A stretch of 64,000 nt of DNA from Christensenella sp. UBA1685 (GCA_002320595.1 DCKB01000003.1:8106-72105), one strand, 5' to 3'. Counted from the first letter of the stretch, positions 36,335-46,261 are shown. The notes: generated by a model from the letters alone, not told the origin. Numbers and translations: made by a program.

Positions 36335-37123
36335 ATGAAACGCGTTCTGGGATGCATCCGCCGCGCAGACGAGCGTTACCGCATGATCCGCCCCGGCGAT
36401 AAAATCTGCGTGGGCGTCTCCGGCGGGAAGGACAGCCTGATGCTGCTTTACGGCCTCAAATTATACCAGCGCTTTTGCCGCACGCCATTCGAGCTTTGCG
36501 CCGTAATGCTCGACCTTGGCATCAGCGACGAGGACTTTTCCCCCGTCTCCGAATTTGCAGAGGCCATCGGAGTACCGTTTGATCTTGTAAAAACGGACAT
36601 TGGAGATGTTGTGTTCAACATCCGTAAAGAAAGCCATCCCTGCGCGCTTTGCGCAAAGCTACGCCGCGGTGCGCTCAACGATGCCGCGCGGTCGCGCGGC
36701 TGCAACCTTGTCGCGCTCGGCCACAACCGGGACGATGTAATTGAAACCTTTTTCCTGAGCCTGTTTTATGAAAGCCGCCTCAACACCTTTGGTCCGGTGA
36801 CCTACCTTGGCCGCAAGGATGTTACCGTGATCCGCCCGATGATCTTTCTTCCGGAAAAGCAGGCCCTTTCCATCGCAAAGCGGCTTGCGCTGCCCATCCG
36901 CAAACCAAACTGCCCCGTTGCCGGGAACACCAAGCGGGAGGAGATGAAGCAGCTCATCCAGCATTTCACCACCATTGTGTCCAACCCGGAGGAGCGCATC
37001 ATGAACGCCATTGCAGATACGCACAAATACGGCATGTGGGACAGGCTGCGCCTGCCGCCGCGCGACCTTGCGGAGCTTGGGCTTCCGACCGTCCCGGCGC
37101 AGGAGGATTCCGACGATGCCTGA
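36335..37123 (+). CDS. PP-loop ATPase, tRNA 2-thiocytidine synthase TtcA-like
   Basis: Start at MKRVLGCIRRA. PP-loop VGVSGGKDS plus CALCAKLRRG and NCPV cysteines as in the Fe-S-dependent TtcA/TtuA family. Confidence 0.75.
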   Translation: MKRVLGCIRRADERYRMIRPGDKICVGVSGGKDSLMLLYGLKLYQRFCRTPFELCAVMLDLGISDEDFSPVSEFAEAIGVPFDLVKTDIGDVVFNIRKESHPCALCAKLRRGALNDAARSRGCNLVALGHNRDDVIETFFLSLFYESRLNTFGPVTYLGRKDVTVIRPMIFLPEKQALSIAKRLALPIRKPNCPVAGNTKREEMKQLIQHFTTIVSNPEERIMNAIADTHKYGMWDRLRLPPRDLAELGLPTVPAQEDSDDA

Positions 37124-37397
37124 TCCGCGTTTTCTGCTGTTCGGCTATCTTCTGCTGATGAGCCTTGTCCTTTTTGCCTTCATGGGTGCGGACAAGCGGC
37201 GCGCAAAACGGCGCGCCTGGCGCATACCGGAGCGGACGCTTTTCTGGCTCGCGGCACTCGGCGGGGGCTTGGGCGGCGTGTTCGGCATGCTTGCTTTCCG
37301 CCATAAAACGAAACATGCCGCATTCTGCATCGGCATGCCTCTTCTGATGGTGTTGAATTTTGCAGTTGCCTATCTGCTGCTGCGGTATCTCATTTGA
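37116..37397 (+). CDS. DUF1294 membrane protein
   Basis: 93 aa. FAFMGADKRRAKRRAWRIPERTLFWLAALGGGLGGVFGMLAFRHKTKH is the DUF1294 signature. Overlaps the ttcA-like stop by 8 nt. Confidence 0.8.
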   Translation: MPDPRFLLFGYLLLMSLVLFAFMGADKRRAKRRAWRIPERTLFWLAALGGGLGGVFGMLAFRHKTKHAAFCIGMPLLMVLNFAVAYLLLRYLI

Positions 37398-37839
37398 AAG
37401 CCTGCTTTAAATACACCATATCCGCAAGCTGAACCCCGCCTTCAAAGATCGGGTGATCGTAATTGTCAGGAAAAAAGTTGCTGATGACATGGGAGCGCGT
37501 AAATCCGCATGCCTCATAGAACGGGATGGTCAGAGGGCTGTCCCCTGTCCCCACCTGCAGAACAGCGTATTGTGTGCGATATTCCCGCAGGAGAAACGCG
37601 ATAAGCGCCTTCCCATACCCCTTGCGCTGGGCCGCCGGCTCGACAGCAAGGTTTTTCAGTTCCAGCACGCCGTCCCCCTCGTCCGTTACGACGCAGACAG
37701 CACGCACGCCGCCCGCATCGCGGAGCGCGTACATATCCCCGCGTTCCAGATAGCGGTCGATCATATCCTCCTGCTCGTCCCCAAGCAAAAGCAAATCAAG
37801 ATATTGCTTCCGGTTTTCCACGATTCTTACGATCTCCAT
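37390..37839 (-). CDS. GNAT family N-acetyltransferase (YvbK-like)
   Basis: About 149 aa from MEIVRIVENRKQYLDLLLLGDEQEDMIDRYL. Acetyl-CoA motif VEPAAQRKGYGKALI. The start could be the TTG at 37863. Confidence 0.8.
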   Translation of the reverse strand: MEIVRIVENRKQYLDLLLLGDEQEDMIDRYLERGDMYALRDAGGVRAVCVVTDEGDGVLELKNLAVEPAAQRKGYGKALIAFLLREYRTQYAVLQVGTGDSPLTIPFYEACGFTRSHVISNFFPDNYDHPIFEGGVQLADMVYLKQAFK

Positions 37840-37850
37840 ATGCGTTTGTG

Positions 37851-38045
37851 TTATCCCTCCCAAAACAGCTCATCCAGCGTTTTGCCCAGCGCGCGGCAGA
37901 TCGCAGCGCAAAGGCGGATCGACGGGTTGTAATCGCCCTTCTCAATGGCGTTGATGGTCTGCCGCGATACGCCCACCGCGTCCGCAAGCTGCTGCTGGGA
38001 CATGTCCTTCGCCGCGCGCGCGGCCTTCAGGCGCAGGTTTTTCAT
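37851..38045 (-). CDS. Short XRE-family helix-turn-helix transcriptional regulator
   Basis: 64 aa MKNLRLKAARAAKDMSQQQLADAVGVSRQTINAIEKGDYNPSIRL, a classic Cro/C1 HTH. ATGA overlap with the upstream membrane gene. Confidence 0.85.
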   Translation of the reverse strand: MKNLRLKAARAAKDMSQQQLADAVGVSRQTINAIEKGDYNPSIRLCAAICRALGKTLDELFWEG

Positions 38046-38491
38046 TCCTCCTCCCGCTCCTTCCGCAGCACGAGCAGTCGGAGAAGATACGCCGCGAGGA
38101 TCACCGCAGCCATGACGCCGACGGCGGTATTGCATATGAAGAAAGTTAATATGCCTTCCTGAACTACATCGCCTTCGCAAATGCGCACAATGCCAAGCGC
38201 AAGGTTGACCACGGCGAGGAACCCCATAAGCGCGATCATGCCGGCGGGACGCTCGTTCGGCCGCCGGTACGCATCGCGCCAAATGCAGGTTACGGCAAAC
38301 ACGGTTACCGAAGGGCAGGCGCAAAGCCCTGCGGCCGCGCCCGCATCGCACCACCGGCCGAACAGCCCTTCCGAGCAGGCATACAGAAGCAGCGCGCCCA
38401 GCAGCGCAAAATATGCAAGCTGGAACGCCTGTCCGCGCGCCGCGATCTGGCGCTCATCATAGTCAGATTGATTCCCGATATTGTTTTTCAT
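38042..38491 (-). CDS. Hypothetical 4-TM membrane protein co-transcribed with the XRE regulator
   Basis: 149 aa, N-terminal DYDERQIAARGQAF followed by hydrophobic helices. Recurrent small-HTH plus membrane-protein arrangement; the family name (possibly DUF2178-like) is unverified. Confidence 0.6.
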   Translation of the reverse strand: MKNNIGNQSDYDERQIAARGQAFQLAYFALLGALLLYACSEGLFGRWCDAGAAAGLCACPSVTVFAVTCIWRDAYRRPNERPAGMIALMGFLAVVNLALGIVRICEGDVVQEGILTFFICNTAVGVMAAVILAAYLLRLLVLRKEREEE

Positions 38492-38563
38492 CGAAGAACA
38501 GCTCCTTCCCCTTCATCGGATGAAGTCATTATAGAGCTTATATGACTTTATGTCAATTATATT

Positions 38564-39862
38564 TTACTTTATATCCATTTTATTTGCCGAGCTTCGCGCC
38601 ACATAGACGATGTGCGGCATATCCTTGCCGCGATACCGTTTCACCACTTCGTATTCCGCGCGCATGCCCAGCCGCTCCGCCACCCGGATTGAAGCCGTGT
38701 TTTCCGGGCGGATGTCCGCAACAATTTCCTTTGCACCAAGGCGCTCAAACGCATCGTGAAGCACGGCCTGCGCAGCCTCGGTGGCGTACCCATGCCCCCA
38801 GCAATCTTTGCGGAGTATCCAGCCGATCCCCAGCAGTTCCTTCCCGCCCAGCGTTTCACGGATCATGCCGACCATGCCCACAAATTTGCCCGTTTCCCGC
38901 AGCTCTACGGCATAATGACCAAAGCCGTCCTCCTCATAGCGTTTGAACGTGCGTTCAAGCCATTCATGCGCTTCCTCTTCCGAAAAACCATGCTCCCAAG
39001 CGTACATCACCTCCGGGTCTCCCAGAATGGCGAATACCTTGGAAAAGTCCTCCTCCGTCAGCCGGCGGAGCAGAAGCCGCTCCGTTACGAGCGCTGCCTT
39101 CTCGCGCCGCTTCCAGCGCAGCCAGTCCGCGTCAAGCACCGTCGCTTTTTTGCGCCGCAAAAGCTCTCCACAGGGAAATGCGCAGCATTCTCCGCAATAG
39201 GTGAGGCCGTGTGCTTCCACGCAATCGAAGGTGAAGCAGTCGCCCGGCTCATGCGCAAGGCGGCAGCCCGGGCATGTTCCGGAGCGCAGAGCAGGGCAGC
39301 TTCCGCAAAAGAAACCGCACTTGCCAATCAGTGCTTCCGTTTCGCTCATGCCTCTTGCCCCTCTTGCGAAGTATTCGTCTTTCAGCATGGAATACACGAT
39401 CTGATCGAGATAGCCGCGCTCACTTTTGTAGCTTTGGCGCAGCATGCCGTCCCGGTGCATTCCGAGCGATTCATAAAGCCGGATCCCGGTTGTGTTGTCC
39501 GGGTAAACATCCAGCCAGAAGCGATTCATGTGAAGCGTTTCAAACGCATAGCGCATCGTGCCCTCCATCGCTTCCCTGCCATACCCTTTTCCTTTTATGT
39601 CGATGGCAATGCGCCGAAGCTCAAACACATCGGATTTTGCGTCCACATGGCAGAGCATGTAGCCGATGCTGTTCCCATCCGCGGTGCGGAACACCGCAAG
39701 GATGTGCTCCGGGTCGGCGATTTCCGCAAGATGCTGCTCCTTTGTTCCCTGCCAGATGAAATTGCGGTTTTCCGCGGCATTCTCCATGCGAATGATAAAA
39801 GGGATATCCCCCGCTTCCGCTTCCACAGCAGAGATACGTTTTGTCTGAAACAGTGGTTCCAT
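38564..39862 (-). CDS. Tri-domain fusion: GNAT acetyltransferase - Cys-rich (DUF3795-like) module - GNAT (RimJ/RimL-like) acetyltransferase
   Basis: Start at MEPLFQTKR (SD GGAGGA 8 nt upstream). First GNAT has IDIKGKGYGREAM. The middle has 12 Cys in about 55 aa (CGFFCGSCPALRSGTCPGCR...CGECCAFPCG). Second GNAT has WGHGYATEAAQAVL. Confidence 0.7.
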   Translation of the reverse strand: MEPLFQTKRISAVEAEAGDIPFIIRMENAAENRNFIWQGTKEQHLAEIADPEHILAVFRTADGNSIGYMLCHVDAKSDVFELRRIAIDIKGKGYGREAMEGTMRYAFETLHMNRFWLDVYPDNTTGIRLYESLGMHRDGMLRQSYKSERGYLDQIVYSMLKDEYFARGARGMSETEALIGKCGFFCGSCPALRSGTCPGCRLAHEPGDCFTFDCVEAHGLTYCGECCAFPCGELLRRKKATVLDADWLRWKRREKAALVTERLLLRRLTEEDFSKVFAILGDPEVMYAWEHGFSEEEAHEWLERTFKRYEEDGFGHYAVELRETGKFVGMVGMIRETLGGKELLGIGWILRKDCWGHGYATEAAQAVLHDAFERLGAKEIVADIRPENTASIRVAERLGMRAEYEVVKRYRGKDMPHIVYVARSSANKMDIK

Positions 39863-39864
39863 GT

Positions 39865-40794
39865 TTATTTTCCTCCCTGTTTTGCTCCAAGTTTTGCCCA
39901 AAAACGGAATGTCATCGGCCAAAGCACACCGCCCGTGACCGCCATAAGAAAATACCGTACTGCGTCTGCAAACACCGCGCCGTCAAACAGCGCGTAAAAC
40001 AGCGCTTTGAGCGCCACGCGCAGCGCAATGATAAGCCCGAGGCCAAGGATCAGTTTGCAGGCCTGCGCCCACCACACTGCTTTCGTTTCAAAATGCGTGC
40101 GTTTATCGTCCACCCACCAGGCGAGCATCAGCCCGCACATGGTGCCGATCAGTGTCCATGCGTTCTTTACGCCGTGCGCATCGAACTCCGCAATGCTTGC
40201 TTCCCGCGCCGGAACCAAAAGCAAGTAAAGCAGCAGGGAAACTGCAAAGGCTGCCGCGCATGCCCCAAAAATCAGCTTGCCTTTTCGGTTTTCCTCTATT
40301 TGGTCAAACAGGCGCGTCATCAAAACCACAATCAACACGCCCGTAATCAGTGAAACGCCAACGTCCAGCGGCGTATGCACACCAAGATACATGCGTGAAA
40401 ACGCCGTAAGCAGGATCGCCAAAGCGCAGCAAACCGTGACCCACTTTTTCTTTTGCCATGCGGCAAGCGTGCCGAATACCGTCACAACCGTTTGCGTATG
40501 GCCGCTTGGGAACGAATACCCCGTTGCTGCCTCACGTGCCGCCTCTACGATGGTGAAACTCTCATCCAACACCCACGGGCGCGGGATCAAAAAGATCGCT
40601 TTCATGAGTTGGTTCAGCGTATTTCCCACAAGGCCGATGAAGAAGAAGCGGAATCCCCACTTTTTATCAAAGCACCACAAAAGAGCCATGCCTACCAGCA
40701 TAAACACCGTTTCCTCGCCCAACATGGTAATCACGGCGGCAACACGGTCCAAAAACGGTGAACGGATCGATTCCAACAAGCGCAAAAATTCCAT
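39865..40794 (-). CDS. PAP2 superfamily membrane phosphatase
   Basis: Start trimmed to MEFLRLLESIRSPFLD. Acid phosphatase motifs KAIFLIPRPW, YSFPSGHT and SRMYLGVHTPLDV, with extra C-terminal TM helices. Confidence 0.85.
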   Translation of the reverse strand: MEFLRLLESIRSPFLDRVAAVITMLGEETVFMLVGMALLWCFDKKWGFRFFFIGLVGNTLNQLMKAIFLIPRPWVLDESFTIVEAAREAATGYSFPSGHTQTVVTVFGTLAAWQKKKWVTVCCALAILLTAFSRMYLGVHTPLDVGVSLITGVLIVVLMTRLFDQIEENRKGKLIFGACAAAFAVSLLLYLLLVPAREASIAEFDAHGVKNAWTLIGTMCGLMLAWWVDDKRTHFETKAVWWAQACKLILGLGLIIALRVALKALFYALFDGAVFADAVRYFLMAVTGGVLWPMTFRFWAKLGAKQGGK

Positions 40795-40966
40795 GGCTTT
40801 CTCCCAATTGATTGAACTGCACCCATTATAGCACAGGCTCCCGCCGCCATGCACCGCCCAAAACACCTGCAAAGGGAAAAGGTTTAAAATCCGTTCATTT
40901 GCATTGCGGTTGTAAATGGGATAGAATATATAGGCAAGCTTTCTTTATTTTGGAAGGAAATATGGC

Positions 40967-41644
40967 ATGAAACACAAAAAATGGCTTATCCTCGGCGGCT
41001 GCGTGTTGCTCGTCGCGCTTGCGGCCCTCGTTGTGATCCTGCGCGAACGCTCCAACCCATGGGATGCGCCTGCAAGCGGCGATCCAAACGTCGATCTGAA
41101 ACCGGTCGTCTATCTTTATCCGGAGGAAACCATGGACGTTTCCGTTTCCCTTGATTACGATGGGGTGCTGACTACGACTTACCCTGCTTACGGCGAATCC
41201 GGTTGGGCTGTTACTGCTATGCCGGATGGCACGCTGATTAACCGGGAGGATGGAAAAGAATACTCCTACTTGTTCTGGGAAGGCGAGTCTGATGTTGTTT
41301 ACGACATGACGCACGGCTACGTTGTAAAGGGTGCTGATACCGCCGCTTTTTTGCAGGCCACGCTCAGCCGCATGGGCCTGATCCCCCGCGAATACAACGA
41401 GTTCATCGTGTTCTGGCTGCCGCGCATGGAGAAGAATCCCTTCAACCTTATCACGTTCCAGACCAAACGTTACACGGATAATGCAAAGCTTTCCATTTCC
41501 CCAACGCCGGACAGCGTACTGCGCGTGTTCATGGCTTACAGGGCGTTGGATGAATGGGTTGAGGTAGAAGCGCCCGCCGCTTTGCCCCAGTTTGAGCGCA
41601 AGGGGTTCACCGCCGTTGAATGGGGCGGCTGCGAGGTGCAATAA
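40967..41644 (+). CDS. Hypothetical membrane-anchored protein
   Basis: 225 aa, N-terminal signal anchor WLILGGCVLLVALAALVVIL, SD GGAAGGA. No motif recognised. The antisense 311-aa ORF has poorer composition. Confidence 0.6.
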   Translation: MKHKKWLILGGCVLLVALAALVVILRERSNPWDAPASGDPNVDLKPVVYLYPEETMDVSVSLDYDGVLTTTYPAYGESGWAVTAMPDGTLINREDGKEYSYLFWEGESDVVYDMTHGYVVKGADTAAFLQATLSRMGLIPREYNEFIVFWLPRMEKNPFNLITFQTKRYTDNAKLSISPTPDSVLRVFMAYRALDEWVEVEAPAALPQFERKGFTAVEWGGCEVQ

Positions 41645-41705
41645 GCAAATGGCCGCGCAAATCGTCACTGGTTTTCGCGGTTTATGAGAGCTTTGGGCGA
41701 ATCGC

Positions 41706-41734
41706 TTGACGGAATAAAATGCACAGCTTATGAT
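41706..41734 (+). promoter_or_regulatory. Orphan sigma-A-like promoter (-35 TTGACG, 17 nt, -10 TATGAT) with no downstream annotated gene
   Basis: TTGACGgaataaaatgcacagctTATGAT lies in the 244-bp gap between convergent genes. Confidence 0.4.
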
Positions 41735-41789
41735 TGTGCCATGGAACACCGCGGATGGGAGCGGGTTTTCAACAGTCGATAGGGTGAAA

Positions 41790-41818
41790 TGAAGCGCCGC
41801 GGCAAAGCCGCGGCGCTT
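41790..41818. terminator. Perfect 13-bp GC-rich hairpin (possible rex terminator and/or 3' end of a small transcript)
   Basis: gaagcgccgcggc-aaa-gccgcggcgcttc. U-tracts are weak on both strands. Confidence 0.5.
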
Positions 41819-41888
41819 CGCATTGTGCAAAGCCCCTTAAACCAATTCTATTCACCTTATACAAGTTTAACAAGCCTTACAAACGTGC

Positions 41889-42521
41889 TCAGTCACCCAG
41901 CACGCCATGCTCGATCTTATAGCTCAGTTCGCTCAGGCTGTCGTTCAGATGTACGTTTTCAATCGGCACTGCCGCCACAAGGTCGATCGGCACAAAGTTC
42001 CAAATTCCCTTTATGCCGGCGGCAACCATGCGTTCGGCAATTTCCTGCGCAGCGCTCCTGCGCGCCGCAATCACGCCGATGTCAATTTCATGCGTGCGGA
42101 TAAATTCCTCAAGCTGTGCGGAATCATAAACCGGTTTGCCGTTGATTTCCTTGCCGATCAGTTCCGGAGCTACATCAAACAATGCAAGAACCCGGAATCC
42201 TGCCGCAGAGAACCCTTCAAAATTTGTAAGTGCATGGCCGATGTTGCCCGCGCCGACGATGACAACGGAATGCTCCCGGTCAAGCGCAAGAATCGACTTA
42301 ATCTCCGAAAGCAGCGTGCGGACATTATAGCCATAGCCCTGTTGGCCAAAGCCGCCGAAGCAGTTGAAGTCCTGCCTTACCTGCGAAGCATTCAGCCGCA
42401 TCTGCTGCGCCAGCTTTTCCGATGAAATGCGCTCCACTCCCTGGCTCTCCAGCATCACCAAATGCCGGTAATATCTGGGCAACCGTTTAATTACAGCTTC
42501 AGAAACCTTTTTGAATGCCAT
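41889..42521 (-). CDS. rex: Redox-sensing transcriptional repressor Rex
   Basis: Start trimmed to MAFKKVSEAVIKRLPRYYRHL (SD GGAGGA). QVRQDFNCFGGFGQQGYGYNV and the Rossmann motif VVIVGAGNIG. Confidence 0.9.
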   Translation of the reverse strand: MAFKKVSEAVIKRLPRYYRHLVMLESQGVERISSEKLAQQMRLNASQVRQDFNCFGGFGQQGYGYNVRTLLSEIKSILALDREHSVVIVGAGNIGHALTNFEGFSAAGFRVLALFDVAPELIGKEINGKPVYDSAQLEEFIRTHEIDIGVIAARRSAAQEIAERMVAAGIKGIWNFVPIDLVAAVPIENVHLNDSLSELSYKIEHGVLGD

Positions 42522-42663
42522 GTTTTTCCTCCGAAATAACCCGCCCATGCGGAATGTACCATTTTTATTTTATCCACTTTTTCTGAATTTCGCAAGCGGG
42601 CTGCCTAAAAAGCCTGCATTTTTTATACCATTTTGACAGCTGCATCATGCAGTGCGGTCATTT

Positions 42664-43392
42664 TCATGCCCGCACAAACAATGAGCCGTTTTTCTCTTTC
42701 CGCCAATCCCCGTAAACGCCGCAATATGCCGCGCCAAGTTCAAGGTGCAGCATGGCAATCCCGCAATCCAACCGGCCATATCCAAAGTTCTTTGAGGTGT
42801 TCCCCACAAGAATCCCCTCCTCCGCCGCATGAAAGCGCCAGGGCTGGCTGTTCATTGCAGAAGGTGCGCGCCGCGCGCATTCGATTGCCCGCTTCTGCCA
42901 CACGGGAAGTTCGCCGAACTGCTCCGCCGTAAGTCCTGTCAGCTTTTCGTACGAGCGGCGGGGGCGCGCGGTATATTCTTCATCCGGCACGCCGATGGGT
43001 GTGATACACGCAATGCGTTCCCCTTCGGAAAGCTCCACGGCGGAAAGCGCGGTTTGCTTGTGATAAGATGCGCCAAGCCAGCAGGTACCAAGGCCCATTG
43101 CCGTGCATTCCAACACAAACGCTTCGCCGACATAGCCCGCCATCTCCGGCTCTGCATCCTTCTGAACAATGATAGCGGCAAAGCTGTTCGTTCCGCTTAT
43201 CTTGCCATACCAGAGAAAAATCGGCCTGAACACTTCCTCCGACCTCCCGATGGCGATGCGAACGCCATGGGCGCGCAACAGCTCCGCCATGCCGGCAAGC
43301 GCTTCAAGCTGCTTTTCCTCCGGGCCGTCCTTGTATCTACGCACGGAAAACCGCCTTTGCGATGCCTCATACCAGCGCTGCATGCTTTCCAT
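42664..43392 (-). CDS. Nitroreductase-superfamily protein (possibly TM1586-like)
   Basis: 242 aa. RRFSVRRY near the N-terminus, GLGTCWLG in the middle, RAPSAMNSQPWRF at about residue 175. Confidence 0.65.
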   Translation of the reverse strand: MESMQRWYEASQRRFSVRRYKDGPEEKQLEALAGMAELLRAHGVRIAIGRSEEVFRPIFLWYGKISGTNSFAAIIVQKDAEPEMAGYVGEAFVLECTAMGLGTCWLGASYHKQTALSAVELSEGERIACITPIGVPDEEYTARPRRSYEKLTGLTAEQFGELPVWQKRAIECARRAPSAMNSQPWRFHAAEEGILVGNTSKNFGYGRLDCGIAMLHLELGAAYCGVYGDWRKEKNGSLFVRA

Positions 43393-43411
43393 TTCCGTCT
43401 CCCCCGTTCCG

Positions 43412-46261
43412 TTATTCTTTGATCCGTTCCTCGCTTGCCCGCTCCAAAATGGGTTTTAAGTATTGGCCGGTATAGCTTCCCGCAACCGCTGCAACTTCTT
43501 CCGGTGTGCCTGTCGCAACGACCGTACCGCCGCGATTTCCGCCTTCCGGACCAAGGTCAATAATGTAATCCGCCGTTTTGATCACATCAAGGTTATGCTC
43601 AATTACGAGTACGCTGCTGCCGCCCCCGCAAAGGCGCTGCAGAATCTCCAGCAAGCGCTTAACATCCGCCACATGCAGGCCGGTGGTCGGTTCGTCCAAC
43701 ACATACAGCGTGCGTCCCGTGTCCTTGCGGGAAAGCTCCGTCGCAAGCTTTACGCGCTGTGCTTCCCCGCCCGAAAGCGTTGTGGAAGGCTGTCCAAGTC
43801 TCACATAACCTAAGCCAACGTCGTAAAGCGTTTGCAGTTTCTTTGCAAGGCGCGGCAGCGGCGCAAAAAATTCAAGCGCTTCTTCGACCGTCATGTCCAG
43901 CACATCCGCAATGGATTTTCCTTTGTAGCGCACCTCCAGCGTTTCTCGGTTGTAGCGCTTGCCGCGGCACACTTCACAAGGCACGTAAATGTCCGGCAGG
44001 AAGTGCATTTCAATCTTGATGATGCCGTCGCCCCGGCAGGCTTCGCACCGTCCGCCCTTCACATTAAAGCTGAAGCGGCCGTTGTTATAACCGCGCATAC
44101 GCGCATCCGGCGTTTGTGCGTACACTTCCCGGATCAGATCGAACAGGCCGGTATATGTGGCGGGATTGCTGCGCGGCGTCCGCCCGATGGGCGATTGATC
44201 AATATCAATGATCTTGTCAAGCTGTTCAATGCCAAGGATCTCGTCATAATCCAGCGAACGCGTCCGCGCGCCGTTGAGTTCACGCAGGAGGGTTTTCTTT
44301 ACGATCTCGTTCACAAGGCTGGACTTGCCGCTGCCCGACACGCCCGTTACGCAGGTAAAGATACCAAGCGGAATATCCACATCGATATTTTTGAGGTTGT
44401 TCGCCCGCGCGCCGCGCACGCGGAGGTATTTCCCGCCGCAATCGCGCCGCGTCTGCGGTACCTCGATGCGCTGCACGCCCGTGAGAAATTGACCGGTGAT
44501 GGATTCCGGCGTTTGCATGACGTCTTCCAGCGTGCCTTTTGCAACAACATGCCCGCCGTGTTCGCCCGCTCCGGGGCCAATATCCACAATATAGTCCGCC
44601 GCACGGATCGTATCTTCATCGTGTTCAACCACAATGAGCGTATTTCCAAGATCGCGCATTCCCTGAAGCGTTGCGAGCAGGCGCGCGTTATCCCGCTGGT
44701 GCAGGCCGATGCTCGGTTCGTCAAGGATATACAGCACGCCCACAAGGCCGGAGCCGATCTGCGTGGCCAAGCGGATGCGCTGTGCTTCGCCGCCGGAAAG
44801 CGTTGCAGCCGCGCGGGAAAGCGTCAGGTAATCAAGCCCCACATTCACAAGAAAGCCTAACCGCGCGTCAATCTCCCGAAAGATCTGTTCGCCGATCATG
44901 CGCTGTTGCTCGGAAAGCGCAAGCGAGCGCAGAAACGTGCGCGCGTCGAGCACGGTCATTTCGCTGACTTCCGCGATGGATTTGCCCCCCACCGTCACGG
45001 CGAGGCTTTCCGGGCGCAGGCGTTTGCCGCAGCAATCCGGGCAGGGTATGTTGGACATATATGCCTCATATTCCTGCTTCATGCCTTCGGACTGCGTTTC
45101 GCGATACCGCCGCTCCAGATTGTTGCAAATGCCTTCAAACGGGGAATCGAACGTGCCGCTGCCGAATTCTTTCTTGTATTCAATGTGCAGGCGTTCTTTG
45201 CCTGTTCCGTACAAAATCGCCTGCTTTGCCGCATGCGGCAGCTCCGCGAACGGCGTTTCCAGCGAAAAGCCATACTTTTCCGCAAGCGCCGTGAAGTACA
45301 TTCCCGCGATGGATTCCTTATTCGCGCTCTGCCAGCCGCTCACCGAAATTGCGCCTTTTGCAAGTGAAAGACTTTCATCCGGCACAACGAGCGCCGGGTC
45401 GATCTTCATCATCGTGCCAAGGCCGGAACACGTTGGGCATGCGCCGAACGGATTGTTGAAGGAGAACATGCGCGGCGTCAGTTCTTCGAGGCTTACGCCA
45501 CAATCCGGGCAGGCATAATTCTGGGAAAACAGCAGCTCTTCCTTCTCCACCACATCCACCTTCACAAGGCCGCCGCCAAAGGCAAAGGCAGTTTCCAAAG
45601 AATCGTTGAGCCGGCCCTCCGCTCCAGGGCGGATCACGAGCCTGTCCACTACGACGTCGATTGTGTGCTTAAGCTTTTTGTCAAGCGGCGGCACATTGCC
45701 GATGTCGTAAACCGTGCCATCCACGCGCACGCGCACGTAGCCTTCTTTGCGGATGCTTTCGAGAAGCTTTGCGTGCTCGCCCTTGCGTCCGCGCACAGCC
45801 GGTGCAATGACCTGCACGCGCGTCCCTTCTCCAAGCGCCATCACCTGATCGACCACCTGATCAATGCTTTGCCGCTCAATGGGCCTGCCGCATTTCGGAC
45901 AGTGCGGAATGCCGATGCGCGCATACAGCAGGCGCAGATAATCGTGGACCTCCGTGACCGTGCCTACCGTGGAGCGCGGGTTGTTCGAGGTGCTTTTTTG
46001 GTCGATCGAAATTGCCGGGGAAAGCCCTTCGATGGTATCGACATCCGGCTTTTCCATCTGCCCCAAAAACTGGCGTGCATATGACGAAAGCGATTCCACA
46101 TACCGCCGCTGCCCTTCCGCATAGATGGTGTCAAACGCAAGGGATGATTTTCCGGAGCCGGAAAGCCCGGTAAACACAATAAGTTGATCGCGCGGGAGCG
46201 TAATGTCCACATTTTTGAGGTTATGTTCCCGCGCGCCTTTAATCACAAGCGCGTCTTTCAT
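43412..46261 (-). CDS. uvrA: Excinuclease ABC subunit A
   Basis: 949 aa, [39 protein letters not shown], two ABC modules and zinc fingers. Confidence 0.95.
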   Translation of the reverse strand: MKDALVIKGAREHNLKNVDITLPRDQLIVFTGLSGSGKSSLAFDTIYAEGQRRYVESLSSYARQFLGQMEKPDVDTIEGLSPAISIDQKSTSNNPRSTVGTVTEVHDYLRLLYARIGIPHCPKCGRPIERQSIDQVVDQVMALGEGTRVQVIAPAVRGRKGEHAKLLESIRKEGYVRVRVDGTVYDIGNVPPLDKKLKHTIDVVVDRLVIRPGAEGRLNDSLETAFAFGGGLVKVDVVEKEELLFSQNYACPDCGVSLEELTPRMFSFNNPFGACPTCSGLGTMMKIDPALVVPDESLSLAKGAISVSGWQSANKESIAGMYFTALAEKYGFSLETPFAELPHAAKQAILYGTGKERLHIEYKKEFGSGTFDSPFEGICNNLERRYRETQSEGMKQEYEAYMSNIPCPDCCGKRLRPESLAVTVGGKSIAEVSEMTVLDARTFLRSLALSEQQRMIGEQIFREIDARLGFLVNVGLDYLTLSRAAATLSGGEAQRIRLATQIGSGLVGVLYILDEPSIGLHQRDNARLLATLQGMRDLGNTLIVVEHDEDTIRAADYIVDIGPGAGEHGGHVVAKGTLEDVMQTPESITGQFLTGVQRIEVPQTRRDCGGKYLRVRGARANNLKNIDVDIPLGIFTCVTGVSGSGKSSLVNEIVKKTLLRELNGARTRSLDYDEILGIEQLDKIIDIDQSPIGRTPRSNPATYTGLFDLIREVYAQTPDARMRGYNNGRFSFNVKGGRCEACRGDGIIKIEMHFLPDIYVPCEVCRGKRYNRETLEVRYKGKSIADVLDMTVEEALEFFAPLPRLAKKLQTLYDVGLGYVRLGQPSTTLSGGEAQRVKLATELSRKDTGRTLYVLDEPTTGLHVADVKRLLEILQRLCGGGSSVLVIEHNLDVIKTADYIIDLGPEGGNRGGTVVATGTPEEVAAVAGSYTGQYLKPILERASEERIKE

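Noticed and set aside
37390-38045. XRE regulator immediately upstream of a GNAT gene as a possible GNAT-toxin/antitoxin (TacT/AtaT-like) module
   Set aside because: The GNAT matches the common housekeeping-type YvbK-like pattern (DEQEDMIDRYL, FFPDNYDHPI). Known GNAT toxins pair with RHH/DUF1778 antitoxins, not a Cro/C1 HTH. The HTH is also translationally coupled to the upstream membrane protein instead.
38756-39997. 413-aa plus-strand ORF
   Set aside because: Antisense to the GNAT-Cys-GNAT gene and the end of the PAP2 gene.
40895-41830. 311-aa minus-strand ORF
   Set aside because: It competes with the plus-strand 225-aa ORF. The plus-strand ORF has an SD, a clean signal anchor and more protein-like composition. 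The minus ORF also runs through the intergenic promoter and hairpin region.
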